NCBI RefSeq assembly: GCF_004010195.1
Contig: NC_057728.1
Span: 11,655,712 to 11,719,711, forward strand
Length of the DNA: 64,000 bases
Direction of reading: 5' to 3'
Source of the DNA: Chiloscyllium plagiosum
Lineage: Eukaryota
How positions within the stretch are numbered: position 1 is the first letter of the stretch; the number at the start of each line of letters is the position of its first letter. Shown piece by piece: positions 27,200-40,154 of the stretch. The translations under genes and the position numbers were made by a program. Under the pieces are notes generated by a model. The model was not told the DNA's origin, ran no database searches, and saw nothing but the letters and a program-made list of their open reading frames with translations.

Positions 27200-27565
27200 T
27201 GGGTAAAGTCAGAGTCCCGAGGGACCAGAGGGCTGCTCTCCCATTAGAGGGAGATGACTGGTGGTTTAACCTGAACGTCATCACGTCTCAGCGTGGGGGG
27301 GGGAGGTTGCGAAGGGGAGTCTTTCATGATGACCTCAGCTGGTGGCTGGTGCGGGAATCAAACCCATGCTGTTGGAGACAGTGAGGACTGCAGATGCTGG
27401 GAAGTCAGAGTCGATAAAAGCACAGGACTTATGAAGGCTCCTGTCCGAAACGTCAACTCTCCAGCTCTTCTGATGCTGTCTGACCAGCTTTGCTTTTTCC
27501 AGCACCATATTTTATCAACCCATCTGCTGGCAACACTCCGCATCATCCATCCAACTGAACTAACT
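27200..27565 (-). mobile_element. tRNA-derived SINE split by a Penelope-derived insertion
   Basis: A-box-like gttagttcagttgg near 27550-27565 and B-box-like gggtttgattccc near 27354-27366, on opposite sides of the insertion. Confidence 0.5.
27376..27517. mobile_element. Older Penelope-derived short element nested in a SINE
   Basis: gtgaggactgcagatgctgg start; CTTATGA...GAAACGTC; degenerate TSD acccatgctgttgg / acccatctgctgg. Confidence 0.65.
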
Positions 27566-27634
27566 TTGTCAATGCAGATTCATTATCAGGTGTTTACACA
27601 AAGTACCAAAGGCACGTTGCAAAAACAAACTTAC

Positions 27635-27751
27635 CCTTGTGTTTTCAGCAGCTCTTCTTTTCCTTGTAAGCAGAATTCCAGCACATGATCAGCCAAGTCA
27701 GGCTGCTCTACACATTCATCACTATCTCCTTCACGGTAGTAACCAAAATCA
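27635..27751 (-). CDS. SORT1: Sortilin coding exon (about exon 16), 10CC domain
   Basis: cacacag|...|gtaagt, 117 nt, phase 2 to 2. Translates [39 protein letters not shown]. Confidence 0.95.
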
Positions 27752-28469
27752 CTGTGTGAGAACAAAGGCGAAAATATTTTTTAAACTTATCGAGACTTGA
27801 TGAACTCTCTCTTCTGCATAGACAATGAATATAATGCGCCTCACTAAATCAAATACTGCATCTATTTCATTTGATGATAAAACACATTTTTCCTCAAACA
27901 ATAATTTTACGGTGAAGAGGGCAAAGGAACATGTTAATTGAAAATGAATCCATTTTACCATTGTAGAGAAAAGCATTGTTTCCAATTTCAAATTTTGATG
28001 CACAAAATACAGATATAACTCAAGAGTGCAACACTGTGTGCTTCTGTGTCACATGTGAAGCATTTTGATCCGGGATGCTTTCAGATGCATTCACATCATA
28101 TTTTTTTTTAAACCGGGCCATTGGGTTACTGATTAATTGTTCCAAAGCTTTGAAAATGCAGCCTGGAGATACCAAGAACACCCGCTCATGAAAGATTTTC
28201 AAATCAAGTTAGCAGCAACAAAAATAGGATGCAAGTGGAAATCCCAGCCTTTTAGTTCTTCTTGTTAAATTTTGGACTTGGAAAAAGGTGACAGCCTTAA
28301 AAATAACCTCTTTATACTGGGACATGATTTCTTCTGTTGCAGTTTATAAACTGGCTTTAACTTTAAGCAATGCTCTCAATTTGTTCTTACAAAACCCCTT
28401 TGAAAATGCATTGATCCTTCAAACAATCTGACAAAATCTGTAATCCACCCCTCTGATTGAATAAAGGCA

Positions 28470-28712
28470 ATGGCACTGTGGATGCTGGAGATCTGAAATC
28501 AAAACAGAGAGTGCTGAAGAAACTCAGAAGGACTGGAAACATCTGTGAAGTGAGAGAACCAGAGAGTTAACACTTCATGTCCAATGACTCTTCTCCGGAA
28601 CTACTTCTGTTCCAAAGAGGAGACATACCAGTGTCAAAACGTTAAATGTGTTTCTCTCTCCATAGATGCTCTCCAGATCTGCTGAGTTTCTCTAGTACTG
28701 TCTATTTTTATA
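28470..28712. repeat. Old Penelope-derived inverted-repeat element
   Basis: Arms gatgctggagatctgaaat...aaactcag and ctgagtttctctagtactg. Related fragments at about 22180-22275, 42850-43032 and 54830-54900. Confidence 0.6.
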
Positions 28713-29334
28713 TTACATCTGATTGAATACTATTTTGATCTACCTAATCCAAATATCTCTTTTCCCTGTCAGGTTTACCTGTCAGAAATGACTCCCCATT
28801 GCTAAGCTTGCTAGTTGCAAATGTCTCTTATTTTGCTAATCTACCCCCCTCTCCCAAGGTCCAGCTGCATGCAATAATTTGCTACTTCAGTATCTACTGA
28901 CTTCAAAGAGTGACCCAGAGAATCCTGCCACAGCATCCTATGTAATGAATCAAATCATTCCTTAGAGTGAGAATACAAAGTTAAGGGTTTCCTCAATTGT
29001 GGTTTCTTATCTGTGCTTCTCTACGTGGATCCATGAAGAAAATTAAGTGGAAATAACTTTTTATTACATAGACCAAACCATAATTGAAAATTGGCAAACT
29101 ATATTGAATATAAAACTCACATGTCATTAAGCGAGACACACAGAAAATGAACAGAATCCTAAACACAGACCTTTGTTGAAATTGCTGAACTTGAAATTTT
29201 TCAAGTGAACATCCCATGATGTTAAGAAGTATCACATAACCAGATTGACATATTCAACAGAATAAGGTAACAGACTGAAGTATTTAAGAAATGCAACAAA
29301 CGAAACAAGTTGAACAAGCAATTTTGACACATAC

Positions 29335-29524
29335 CACATGTAGTCACCCTTTGTGCACGGGCATAGACTTTGTTCTTTGTTCACAATATAGTCCCTTCCA
29401 TTTCTGCAAACGGAGGCCTTTGCAAGCCTCTGGTATGTTTCTCGATATCCCAAAATGCAGCCATCATTTTTCTCACCAGCGTCTGTGGAATGAGCTAACC
29501 ACTTGACATAATCCTTTTCCTGGC
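29335..29524 (-). CDS. SORT1: Sortilin coding exon (about exon 15), 10CC domain
   Basis: ttcag|...|gtatgt, 190 nt, phase 1 to 2. Translates CQEKDYVKWLAHSTDAGEKNDGCILGYRETYQRLAKASVCRNGRDYIVNKEQSLCPCTKGDYMC. Confidence 0.96.
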
Positions 29525-30193
29525 CTGAATGAAGAGCAAAAAATTCCAGTTTAGCAAAGGCATTTTCAACAACTGGAAGATTTGGATGGCAATATTTTTT
29601 GGATCTCAACCTTACATGCAGTGAATATGTAATCAGGAGCAGAGACTAATCACAGAGAAGTCACTAGCAGCACAATCCAATTGGAGGGGTCTCAGCATCA
29701 TCTCCCAGTGCCTCAAACACAGCATGGAATGAGACAGATAGTGTCAGAATCGAGCTGCTTTTTAACGTGGAAACATTTGCGAATGTTCTGAAGGTGCAAA
29801 CTTTGGACTAAATTTAGACTGCCAATCAGGACCAGCAGCTAGGATGCCAAAGCATATACAAACAGTGATGTGGGGTAACTCTATTAAGAAATGAGACACA
29901 CACAATGCACAGGATAACCAAATTAAGAAATGGAGAAGGCCACTGTCAGTGGTTCACTCCCATAAACATTTTACATGCATTCTTTACTATCTACGAAAAG
30001 GACAGTACCAAGTTCCTGCAACACAATTACTATACAGGAATACAATTATTAGCCTACCAAAAGCCATTGTGTTGTGGCCTTTGCCTATTTAATACCATCA
30101 AGTCATTGCTGATATTGAAAGATATGTAAACTGTGTACATGTGAAATTTGGTAGAGAAACAGCATTGGACTGCCCAGCATTGGCTCCTGTAGG

Positions 30194-31280
30194 TTTTATT
30201 CACTTGTGCGATGTGGGTGTCGCTGGCTGGGCCAGCATTTACTGCCTGTCCCTAGGTGGCGAGCAGTGTTCTTGAACCACTGCATTCAATGTACCGTAGG
30301 TAGACCCATAAGGCTGAGAGGGAATTCCAAGATTTTGACCCAGCAACAGTATAGGAATGGCAGTATATTTCCATGTGAAGATGGTAGTGACTTGGACGCA
30401 AATGGTGCAGATGGTGGTGTTCCCACATATTTTCTGCCCTTATCCTTCTGGATGGTAGCAGTTGTGGGTTTGGAAGGTGTTGTCAAAAGGATCTTTGATG
30501 AATTTCTGCAGTGCACCTTGTAGATGGCACACTGCTGCTGTTGAGTGTCAGTCGTAGAGGAAGCAAACGTTTTGTGTGGATCTGATACAAATCAATCAGG
30601 CTGTTTTGTCAGAATGATGTCAAACTGGTGTGCTGTTGGAGCCACAGTCATGAATTGTGCCTTGGAAAGCCTTTGGGAAATCAGGAGGTGCGTTATCCAC
30701 TGCAGCATTCCTAGCCTCTGACCCGATTTTGTAGCCACTGCGTTTATGAGAGTGCAGTTGAGTATCTGATCTGGTAATACCCAGGATGCTGACAGTAGGG
30801 TCTCAGTGATGGTCACATCACTAAATGTCAAGGGGCAGTAGTGAGATTGTATTTTGCCAGAGATGGTCATCGGCTGACGTGTGTGGTGCTAAAGTTACTT
30901 GGCAATGATCTGCCCAAGTCTAGATGTTGTCAGGTCTTGTTGCATTTCAACAAGGTCTACTTTGTCATCTGTAGAGCTGAGGACAGTGCTGAACATTGAT
31001 GATTGCACCGTGACATCCCCACTTCTGACCTTATGATAGAGGGAAGGTCATCAATGAAGTAGCTGAAGGTGGCTGGGCCTGAGCAACTACCCTTAGGATC
31101 TTCTGCAGAAATGACGGATCTCCAACAACTTCAACCATCTTCACTTGTGCTGGTATGACTCCAACCAGCAAAGAGTTTTTTCCCCTAATACCCACTGATT
31201 GCAACTTTGCTTGGGCTCCTGGATGGCTTGGTCAAATGAGGCTTTGATGTCAAGAACTGACACTTCCACCTCACCTCATG
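30194..31280 (-). mobile_element. Old non-LTR retrotransposon 3' fragment (CR1/L2-group, second family)
   Basis: Decayed RT C-terminus and a 3' UTR ending in aataaaa. A second fragment lies in the opposite orientation at about 35335-35440. Confidence 0.65.
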
Positions 31281-31747
31281 TTCTTTTCTGGCCTATAATT
31301 CTGCTCGGCATAATACAAAGCATTTCTATTCCCTCCATTAATACGCTCTAACTGATCCTTGGCCACCTTGGAGCTTCTGTAAATGCTGAGAGCTTTCTTG
31401 GGAATACATTTCTCCTCATTAAACAGAAATGTTCTCATGGCAGGATTGCATATGTCTAAGATACTCCTATTTCTAATTCAGCTAAATGGATCATTGTGCT
31501 TACATGCTGATCAGCAGTCTCCACACTACTTGAATGCTGAACTAGGGTCCGAGTGCTGAAACTTTATAACAGACTATCTCTCAGACATTTCACATCCAAA
31601 AGGAAGTTGGCTGATTGATTCACGTGTCCCGACCTCTAGTATTCTGAACCCTTTTGCCTTGCATTACTTTAGCACTTGTGCAACTCCAGGCTGATATACC
31701 TCCAGGAGAAATAAGATAATGACCAACAAACAGAAGTTGTAACTTAC

Positions 31748-31941
31748 AGTCTCTCGTTAGGAGCTCCTCAAAATCGATGGTTATTGACAGCCAAGTTGTT
31801 GAATAAATGCTTTCCTGTCTGTATCCCCAGAGACTGATATTCATTGACTTGGTTCCTGGTTCTGACACAAGCCCCACAAATATAAATGAATCATTTGTGA
31901 AGGTATAATTTTTCCAGCATTGTCCTTCATCAGTTGAGTAC
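31748..31941 (-). CDS. SORT1: Sortilin coding exon (about exon 14)
   Basis: aaaaag|...|gtaagt, 194 nt, phase 2 to 1. Translates YSTDEGQCWKNYTFTNDSFIFVGLVSEPGTKSMNISLWGYRQESIYSTTWLSITIDFEELLTRD. Confidence 0.95.
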
Positions 31942-32384
31942 CTTTTTTAACAAACAAAATGGCTTTAGTTGCTGAAGGTGTACAAAAATATCATACCGAA
32001 ACAAATATGGATATTAACTGATGGTCAGCATCAGTCAAGATAAATAGCAAGATCTACTTAAGTGGACTGCATTCTATCTAACTATTTGTCCAGTCTGGTT
32101 GAACTGGCTCAAAATTAAACTCACATTTTTAGGGCTAGAGATCAATTTGAACAGTTTAAAAGTGATCAGCCAATAATAGCAAATTTTACACCTTTAATGT
32201 CTAAAACAGGCAAACACGCTTAAAACATCCATTTTGCTTAAGAATGCCTCATCACTGATATACATTTTAAAACTTATGAATGGCTCAGTTTGCTTCAACA
32301 TCTTTCAGCTGCTAAAAGTTAGATTACTTGCATGTTTAATGTATACAAGCATTCAATAATTTGCTAAGAAAGAAAACAACCTAC

Positions 32385-32556
32385 TTTACGGTGTGTATGG
32401 CCTTGTCTGGATTGGATTCCACTGCTACAATTAAGCCGCCTGAGTCGAGAATGGCATAAAAGTGTGGGCCAGTCAATGCTTTTGACCATGTATACCCTCC
32501 ATCATCAGATACATAAACGTCTGGGATCATTGTAGAAATGGCATCTCCTACACTAC
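32385..32556 (-). CDS. SORT1: Sortilin coding exon (about exon 13)
   Basis: gacag|...|gtaggt, 172 nt, phase 1 to 2. Translates [57 protein letters not shown]. Confidence 0.96.
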
Positions 32557-32672
32557 CTGTCACAATGGATTCACAAAGATAAAGATTTCTCTTACTGATG
32601 AATCCAAAGACAAATTGACAGAAAAGGTTAAGCTACAAGTCAAAGCTAAATGTTATTAAAAGGATGACTTAC

Positions 32673-32775
32673 CATGGGCTAAAATCAATCCAACTGCATT
32701 TGCGGCACTGAGTGGGAGTAGGGGGACCTTCAGGTCCTGAGAGATGCTGTATGCAGCGTGGATGTGAAGGTTACA
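32673..32775 (-). CDS. SORT1: Sortilin coding exon (about exon 12)
   Basis: ttatag|...|gtaagt, 103 nt, phase 0 to 1. Translates [35 protein letters not shown]. Confidence 0.95.
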
Positions 32776-33266
32776 CTATAAGCAAAGACAAGCACTGCAT
32801 AAGTTACAAGGCAGAAATACTGAGAAACAGCTCAGTAAATTAATCTTTAAGTTGACTTTGGATCACTGCCTGTTGGATTTTACATGTAACTACTCTGTAT
32901 TACGTGAGAGCTACAAGAAACAACTGATTTGATATCTTATAGTATTTTCACACAATAGGCTACCTGTAAGTGAACAAAGCACATATAGGAAGTACTTAAC
33001 ACCAGTAAGAAAGACCAGTCATATATGCTCAGTGCTACTCTGAAGATTGTTGAATGGAAACAAATTTTTATAAGCTTTAAAAGGACATTTAAACTCTTAA
33101 CCATGGTCAAGGATAACCTTTGTGTAGGTGAGAAATCATGAGAAGAGAAAAGGAGAATTAAACAACTAGAGTTCATGATTTCAAGTAAACCTGTGCGATC
33201 TTTGACATGGAAACTGTACAACAATAAAAATTTGTTATTTCTTTGAAATCTTCTTTTGCAATGTTT

Positions 33267-33588
33267 GGGCAGCACGGTGGCTCAGTGGTTAGCACTGCTG
33301 CCTCACAGCACCAGGGACCCAGGTTTGATTCTAGCTTTGGGCAACTGTCTGTGTGGACTTTGCAGATTCTCCGTGTCTGCGTGGGTTTCCTCCGGGTACT
33401 CCGGTTTCCTCCCACAGTCCAAAGATGTGCAGGTTAGGTGAATTGGCCACACTAAATTGCCCATAATGTGAGGTGCATTAGTCAGAGGGAACTGAGTCTG
33501 AATTGGTTATTCTTTGGAGGGCCGGTGTGGACTTGTTAGGCCAAAGGGTCTATTTCCACACTGTAGGGAATCTAATCTAATCTAATCT
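33267..33588 (+). mobile_element. HE1-type tRNA-derived SINE
   Basis: A box TGGCTCAGTGG, B box GGTTTGATTC, central tctgcgtgggtttcctccggg domain, CR1-like tail ending (aatct)n. Confidence 0.88.
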
Positions 33589-34543
33589 GAAATGATTTTA
33601 AAAAGTGTTTCAAATATTTGCATAAATTGTTATGGAATCAATTGTAAATTTTCTGGAAAGCAAAAGAAATAATCACCTATATGACATAGCAATCTTTGAT
33701 CTGGCATGAGTTATGAACAGATAATTAAAATACAAAAAAGCAATCTGGCCAGGCAGAGAGGAAAGCATCAGGTAGAACTGTAAATCTGTTTGCTGGTGTA
33801 GATAAGATGGCCTAGATGGCCCCCTTCTGCATTATAACAATTCTGTCATTCCACAAAAGCTGAAGGGTAAAGTTGCAGATGCAAGGTGAATGCAAAGAGA
33901 GACAGAAAGAAACATATAATTCATGTGAGGAGAGAACATCAAGTCTCTACAAAAAAATGTTGGTTTTCTGTTCGTAAACAAGAGGAAACATAGAAGTGAA
34001 GCAGCCCTTAGGGAAGTAATGGGCAAGCAAACAACAGGGCTGAATGCTTACAAATGCTGTAGATAGTTCAAGCACGCAATACAGGATCAGATCATGGTTG
34101 AAAAAAAACATCAAGATGGATCCAAGTGTTGGGGGTTCAGTGTATTTGCAAGGCATTAGTACAACCAATTAATCCAGGAACTATGGATGGAATACACAGA
34201 CAAATGAATGCAACTACAGGGGTGACTTGATTGAATTGGAAAGTCAAATTGCACATGGTGTCACTTTCCTCTGAGCATTGCGGGTGCTTTTTTAGGTAAG
34301 ACCAGGCGAGAAATATCTTCATTGTATTGATTACTTAAAGTGAACTCGACACCTTTTTATTGATGTATCATTGGCCTGGTAATTCATGGTTAACACAAAT
34401 TAAAATTAATGTAACTTAAATCAGCAGTTATAGAATTGAAACCTTATCGGTAATTTCTTAATTTAAGCCCTGCTCAGATTAATGAGAAGTTGCACTTGAC
34501 TTACAATGCCAAGAACCCATAAGTGAAGGCTATCCCCCTTGAC

Positions 34544-34880
34544 TTAGAATCATAAAATTCCTACAGTGTGGAAACAGGCCCTTCAGCATAGCAAGTCCAC
34601 ACCGACCCTCCGAAGAGTATCCCACCCAGACCTATTCCCCTATTACGCAATACTTACCCCTGACTAATGCACCTAACCTACACATCCCTGAACACTATGG
34701 GAAATTTAGTATGGTCAATTCACTGAGCTTGCACATCTTTGGATTGTGAGAGGAAACTGGAGCACCTGGAGGAAACCCACGCAGACACTGGGAGAAAGCG
34801 CAAACTTCACATAGACAGTTGCCCAAGGCTGGAATTGAACCTGGGTCCCTGAAGCAGCAGTGCTAACCACTTAGCCACTG
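34544..34880 (-). mobile_element. HE1-type SINE
   Basis: Reverse-strand copy of the same family. Confidence 0.86.
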
Positions 34881-35664
34881 TTTTGAAGTTGGCTATGGAA
34901 GTTGCCCATACTTCTCTGCCTGCAACAGCAAAAAGCTTCTGTTCTCTCTCTCTGCCAGAATTTTCTCTTGATGTTCTTTTCTCCTGGACTGGATAAACAC
35001 TGCATGTGAAACAAATCTATTTGACTGAATTTGCCTTTGCCAAGGGTGTGTTTATAGGATGTTACTACACTGGAACAGTTAATGTTTAGTAGTTAAATAA
35101 TCTATTATCGTGTTAAGTTTTTCAACAGAGTTAAAGCTGTACCAATTCTTCTTTCTTGTGTTTGTATTTTAACTATAGGGTAAGAATAAAGAATGCTTTG
35201 CTTAAAGTCGAGTAGTGTAACCAATCGAATTACATCTAGAACACAGCACCTTACACTTGCCTTTAAATAAGTTAAAAATTAGTCTAGGCCAGTTCCTTGA
35301 TATGTTTGAAGGGAGTTTGGTCTGCTCCAGAAAACCATTCACCATACTGACTTGGAAATATATCAATGTTTCTTCAGTAGTGCTAGGTCAAAATTCTGGA
35401 ACTCCCTCCCCAATGGCATTTTACTGAAACCTACTGACCACCATGACCAGGTTCTGAGATTTTGAGCTTACACTAAATGACATAGCAAGACAGAAGTAAT
35501 ATGGGCCTGATACCTCTGGCTGACATGGCAAAGTGCAAAATGGCAAGGTAGGACAATGCAAGCCAGAAGTGCTTTGAGCATCCAGGTAGAGTCAGAATGA
35601 GTGAGCCCAAATACAGCAAGTGAAAAGCACAATTGATGCAACCTGGTCCAGTGCGAACAAAAAG

Positions 35665-36740
35665 AATTACAGATGCTGAAGATCTTAAATGAAAACAAAT
35701 TACTGGTGAAACTCAGCAAGTCTGGTAGAATCTGTGGGAAGAAAGCAAAGTTATCATTTCAAGACCACTGAATCTTCATCAGAACTGATAGCAGCTGGGA
35801 AAAAAAATGGTACTTAGACTGAAGGCAAGGTTAGTTGTTGGGAGTGGGNNNNNNNNNNNNNNNNNNNNNNNNNNNNNNNNNNNNNNNNNNNNNNNNNNNN
35901 NNNNNNNNNNNNNNNNNNNNNNNNNNNNNNNNNNNNNNNNNNNNNNNNNNNNNNNNNNNNNNNNNNNNNNNNNNNNNNNNNNNNNNNNNNNNNNNNNNNN
36001 NNNNNNNNNNNNNNNNNNNNNNNNNNNNNNNNNNNNNNNNNNNNNNNNNNNNNNNGAAAATGGGTGACAGTGCAAAAAGCAATCAATGTCATAACAGGAC
36101 TGGATATAGGGATGAGTAAAAACATGGAAGCATGGAATAAGGTTCTAAGGAACTGAATGTTGAGTCCCAGAGGTTGCAGAAAATGAGTGGCTGTTCTTTG
36201 AGCTTGCACTTGAAGCACAGTGAAACACTGCTATAGTCCTGTGATAGAAATGTTAGCATGGAAAACGGTGGTGTATTGAAATGGCAGGCAACTGAAAGCA
36301 CTGGGTCATTTTTATAGGTGGCGCATAGCTGTTCTGCAACGTGGTCACCTAGACTGCATTTCGGCTCCTCACTGTAGAGGAGACCACACTGTGAACAGCG
36401 AATACAGTAGACGAAGCTGAATGAAGTGCAGGTAAATTGCTGTTTCACCTGGAATGTCGAGGGCCTTGGACAGTGAGGAGTTAGGAGGTAAATGGGTAGA
36501 ACTTACACCTTCTGCGATTGCATGGGAAGGTGCTGTGTGGATGTGGGTTTCTGTTAAGAATGGAAGACGAGTAAACATGGGTGCCCTGGAAGGAACAGAC
36601 CCAGCAGAATGCTGACAAAAGAGGGAGTAAGAATGTTTCTGGTTGTGCCATCCTGCTTGAGGTGATGAAAATGGCAGCTCAACTCCTTTGGATGTGGGCG
36701 GTTGGTGGGGTGATAAGTGAGGACTGGGGGACACCATATT
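35665..36740 (-). mobile_element. Penelope-like element fragment: GIY-YIG endonuclease remnant plus 3' terminal repeat
   Basis: QQFTCTSFSFVYCIRCSQCGLLYSEEPKCSLGDHVAEQL...VACHFN is a decayed PLE GIY-YIG domain with CCHH ligands. The terminal repeat carries CTGATGA...GAAA at 35749-35786. Spans an N-gap. Confidence 0.85.
35849..36055. other. Assembly gap
   Basis: Run of N. Confidence 1.
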
Positions 36741-37624
36741 TATTTTGAGATGCCTGACACTTTGTTATGCTCCAACATATGGCACCCTAAAACAGAAGGA
36801 GCCACCTCGTGTGGGTGAGCATATAGGTAATTTCTAATTTCATATGGGTGCTCTGCAAAGACAACAAGTAGAAGCAAAGCACTTTTAAGTCTGACAAGCA
36901 ACATTATAGCATCCTAAAGCAGTTACATCGTCAGAAGTGTTGAGCAGTCACTCAGAATCTTCACTGAGATATTGATCATCGAACAGATCAGAAAAATACC
37001 TTTCACAAATGGATTGACTTGAATAGAAGACTTTTGTTTTATAATATTTTATTTTGTTCTAATAAGGGCACAAGCAACAAATAATTAAACTGAACCTGAC
37101 AACAGGAGAATCGAGTCCCCTTTCTTCTGGACTGAGTCAGATGCTAAAAAAAAGATACCTTCGACAAATGGCATAGACGTCCACATATTGAAAGTACAGC
37201 CCTTGGAAAGGCTTCAACTGGCTGACAGTGCACTGTTTTGTACAGGATGGCACTGCATACTTGTAATTTGTGAAAATCCTCTGAGTTACCCTCACAAGCA
37301 ACCATGTATGTGCCAGATTGCCCTGTGGTTGCAATTAGGCTTCACGCCATAGTGAATCTCTCAGCATTTCCCACCACTGGACACCTTGGATGAATGAGGG
37401 AAGAAGTTAAGGTTGGACAGCCGCTGCAAGGTCAGGACTGGCACTTCAATCATTGACAGCTACATACAGTGAGCAACGTGCCCTAACTTCAATATAGTCA
37501 TGCTTGGACACAAAGCAAGCAACAACAATTGTAACTGCGCTCCCTGATCACCAAGTGCCACTGAATTGCCATTGAAGCTCTACCAGAAAAGGATGCTTTA
37601 TAACAGCAAATCTTTTGTACTAAC

Positions 37625-37728
37625 CATCTTTGAATCCTTGGTTGTGTCACAATGACTATTGTCCGGCTTTTTCAAAGGTTTCCACTCGCCTCCACTGTCA
37701 AATGTAATCACTGATCGAATATTGTTAT
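37625..37728 (-). CDS. SORT1: Sortilin coding exon (about exon 11)
   Basis: ttgtag|...|gttagt, 104 nt, phase 1 to 0. Translates DNNIRSVITFDSGGEWKPLKKPDNSHCDTTKDSKM. Confidence 0.94.
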
Positions 37729-38771
37729 CTACAAATGTGTTGAAAGGGAGGTTATTAGCAGGAGAAGAAGCTCCATGACTTTGCTGATGATTACTTGAGA
37801 GAAAATGCATTTATGTAATGACAGGAATGTTAAACCACTGCTGAACAAGTTTATTACAGGGTGTCTTAATCAGCAGTACAGTGCCGTCAAGGTATTTGTG
37901 AAAGGACCAGCATCTATTTCTGGCGCTGGAGCTGGACTCCAATGGCTTCTCCAATGTAGAAAGCACCACACACTTGCAAGCGTGATGACACATTCCCATT
38001 CTTCACAGACAGTGTCTGGCTGTGGTAGAGCCCCCTAGCAAACAATGTTCCCTTATTCACCTAATATATCCCCGAATGAAGATCCTAATTATTAAGAGCT
38101 GAATTTGTTCACATCAGTTGTCGTGTGGCGTTGCCCTGGGATCAATCAACAAAATGGAGAGTGTGGCTTTCAGCTGTCTCTCTTACTGCATGATTCTCCA
38201 GTTCTCACCATCTCAGTATCATCCTTTCACATCTGCTCTCCTCAATTAATTAGTTCTTCAGCTCATCTCCACTGCCTCTCTAATTAGACAATGGAAGGGA
38301 GTGGACAGAAGTGACAGTGGCTTTAGTGAGAATCACAGTAAGTAGAAAAAAATCTGGGAGCTACAATGGGAGTAGCACCACGCTACAACACTGCAGCCTG
38401 GGATCACTCAAGGTCAATAATAATGGGGTAGGAATAAGGGATCAAAAAAAAGGTGCTGACAATAATTATGAAGGGTGTAAGGTATATACCTGGCAGCACT
38501 GAAAGGGAAGGGGCTGGAGATTCAGATGTTTCAGACACAAGGAGTGGAAGTACTGAAGGTAAAAGTGTGGAAATCAGGATAAGTTAAGTTATTATGGGAG
38601 ACAGAATATTGCTTGAGTTCTGAGAGTGCTGGGCGTGCAAGTGCTTCAGAAGTAGTAAAAAAACTCTGGGAGAAACAAACAGTCTTAATTGCTGTTTACA
38701 TGGTTGACATCTCCGAGTCAAAGTCCTGTAAAAGTTTGGGCACTAGAGTCTGTGGTGTTTTAGTTAAACTA

Positions 38772-39141
38772 CAGCAAACTTTGTTTTATCTGACACCTTA
38801 TGAATGGTCACTCTTGATAAACTGGCAAAAATTGTATACCTCAAAGACAAGAAGTTTACTGTATTACCATGATCTAACGCGATGTATGAGTAGTCAGTTG
38901 AAGATGTGCATGAGAAGGCTCTCTGCTGGCAAGTTTTATTTAGGGTAATGTTGCATTATTATTTAAGTGATTTATGCAATAAATACAGTAAAACAATGAC
39001 GTGTATACCCCCTGAATTACATTTCTATTACTTAGTCTGTGTTTTTATATTGATTATGTGGATCTCTTGATCACCCGGAATATCTGATCAACTGGCATAC
39101 TCCTGGTCTCACAGGTGCCAGTTAATAAAAAGTTTGCAATA
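38772..39141. mobile_element. Tigger-like MITE
   Basis: TIRs CAGCAAACTTTGTTTTATCTGACACCT / AGGTGCCAGTTAATAAAAAGTTTGCAAT with TA context. Confidence 0.65.
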
Positions 39142-39439
39142 TACATATGCTTATACAAAACAAAGATCTGACCTCCATCTGCAAACTGTGAGGATATACA
39201 AGAGTTGCACTTAATTGGATTGCACCCCTTAATTGAGGTTACACTGCAAGTATCAATGTCTGAGCGCAGACTTTATGCAACTGTGCTATTTACAATAGCA
39301 GAATTGTAAATTCTTTAAATTCACCCTTTGGTGTTAAATAAACGGGAAATATAAATTCTGGCCACAATCCTCTTTAGGCATCAACATAATTCACCATGAT
39401 GCACATCATGCTATTTTTTGAAGCCTCTCTTCAGGGACT

Positions 39440-39785
39440 TCAGCCCTGAAGGACTGCTACAGTTTTGAAGGCATGGTCATTCAGATAAACATTAAACAGA
39501 GCCTCCAAGTGCCACCTCATTTGTACACTAAGATCCCATGCTACTATTTTGAATAAGAACATGGGAATTCCCCATTAGTTTGGCCAATATTTATTTCTCA
39601 TTCAACATCTCTAAATCATTACTTGGCCATCATCTCTGTTTGTGTGACATTACTGTACACAAATTGGCTTTCATTCTTCTTACTTGCAATAGGAACAGCG
39701 CTTTCAAAATACTTAGTTGTTGTAAAACACTTTGGGCCATCTCCAAGTTGCGAAAGGTACAATATAAAAGCAAGTCTTGCCTTCC
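39440..39785 (+). mobile_element. Deu-domain SINE (SacSINE1/AmnSINE-like)
   Basis: aagatcccatgctactattttgaa...ggccaatatttat...aaattggct...tgtaaaacactttggg...tataaaagcaagtc resembles the recalled Deu-SINE consensus. Confidence 0.7.
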
Positions 39786-39998
39786 CTTACAAGCCAAGTA
39801 TTCACGAACTGTCAAAAGGCTTATTAACTCAAATCTGATTTACTTATGAATTTCTGAAGATGGGATACTTGAATTCTGCTTCATAAACACACTTTAGAGC
39901 TTTCTTCAAACATTCTGAAAAACTACAGGCAGAGTGACTAGCTTAAAAGTAGAAAGCTTTACTTTAATTAAAAAGACCAGGAAACTGTGTATTTTTAC

Positions 39999-40154
39999 CT
40001 TCATCCAGCACATTGGTGATGTAGACTCCACGTAGTGACGTAACATTTGTAAAATCAGTTGTGCCACTTGTGTCAGAAAACAAGTGACGCTCCAGCGACT
40101 TGGAGAATAGAATTCCTCGATCATCAGAAGTGTAGATTGTACCAAATCCAGTAT
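39999..40154 (-). CDS. SORT1: Sortilin coding exon (about exon 10)
   Basis: cattag|...|gtaaaa, 156 nt, phase 1 to 1. Translates [51 protein letters not shown]. Confidence 0.96.

Noticed and set aside
34320-35335. Possible further solo LTR interrupted by an HE1 SINE
   Set aside because: LTR-like composition and an AATAAA, but I could not define TG...CA termini or a TSD.
35779-36218. ORFs containing X runs (also 47046-47336)
   Set aside because: Artefacts of translating N-gaps; only the gag-like part before 47145 is meaningful.
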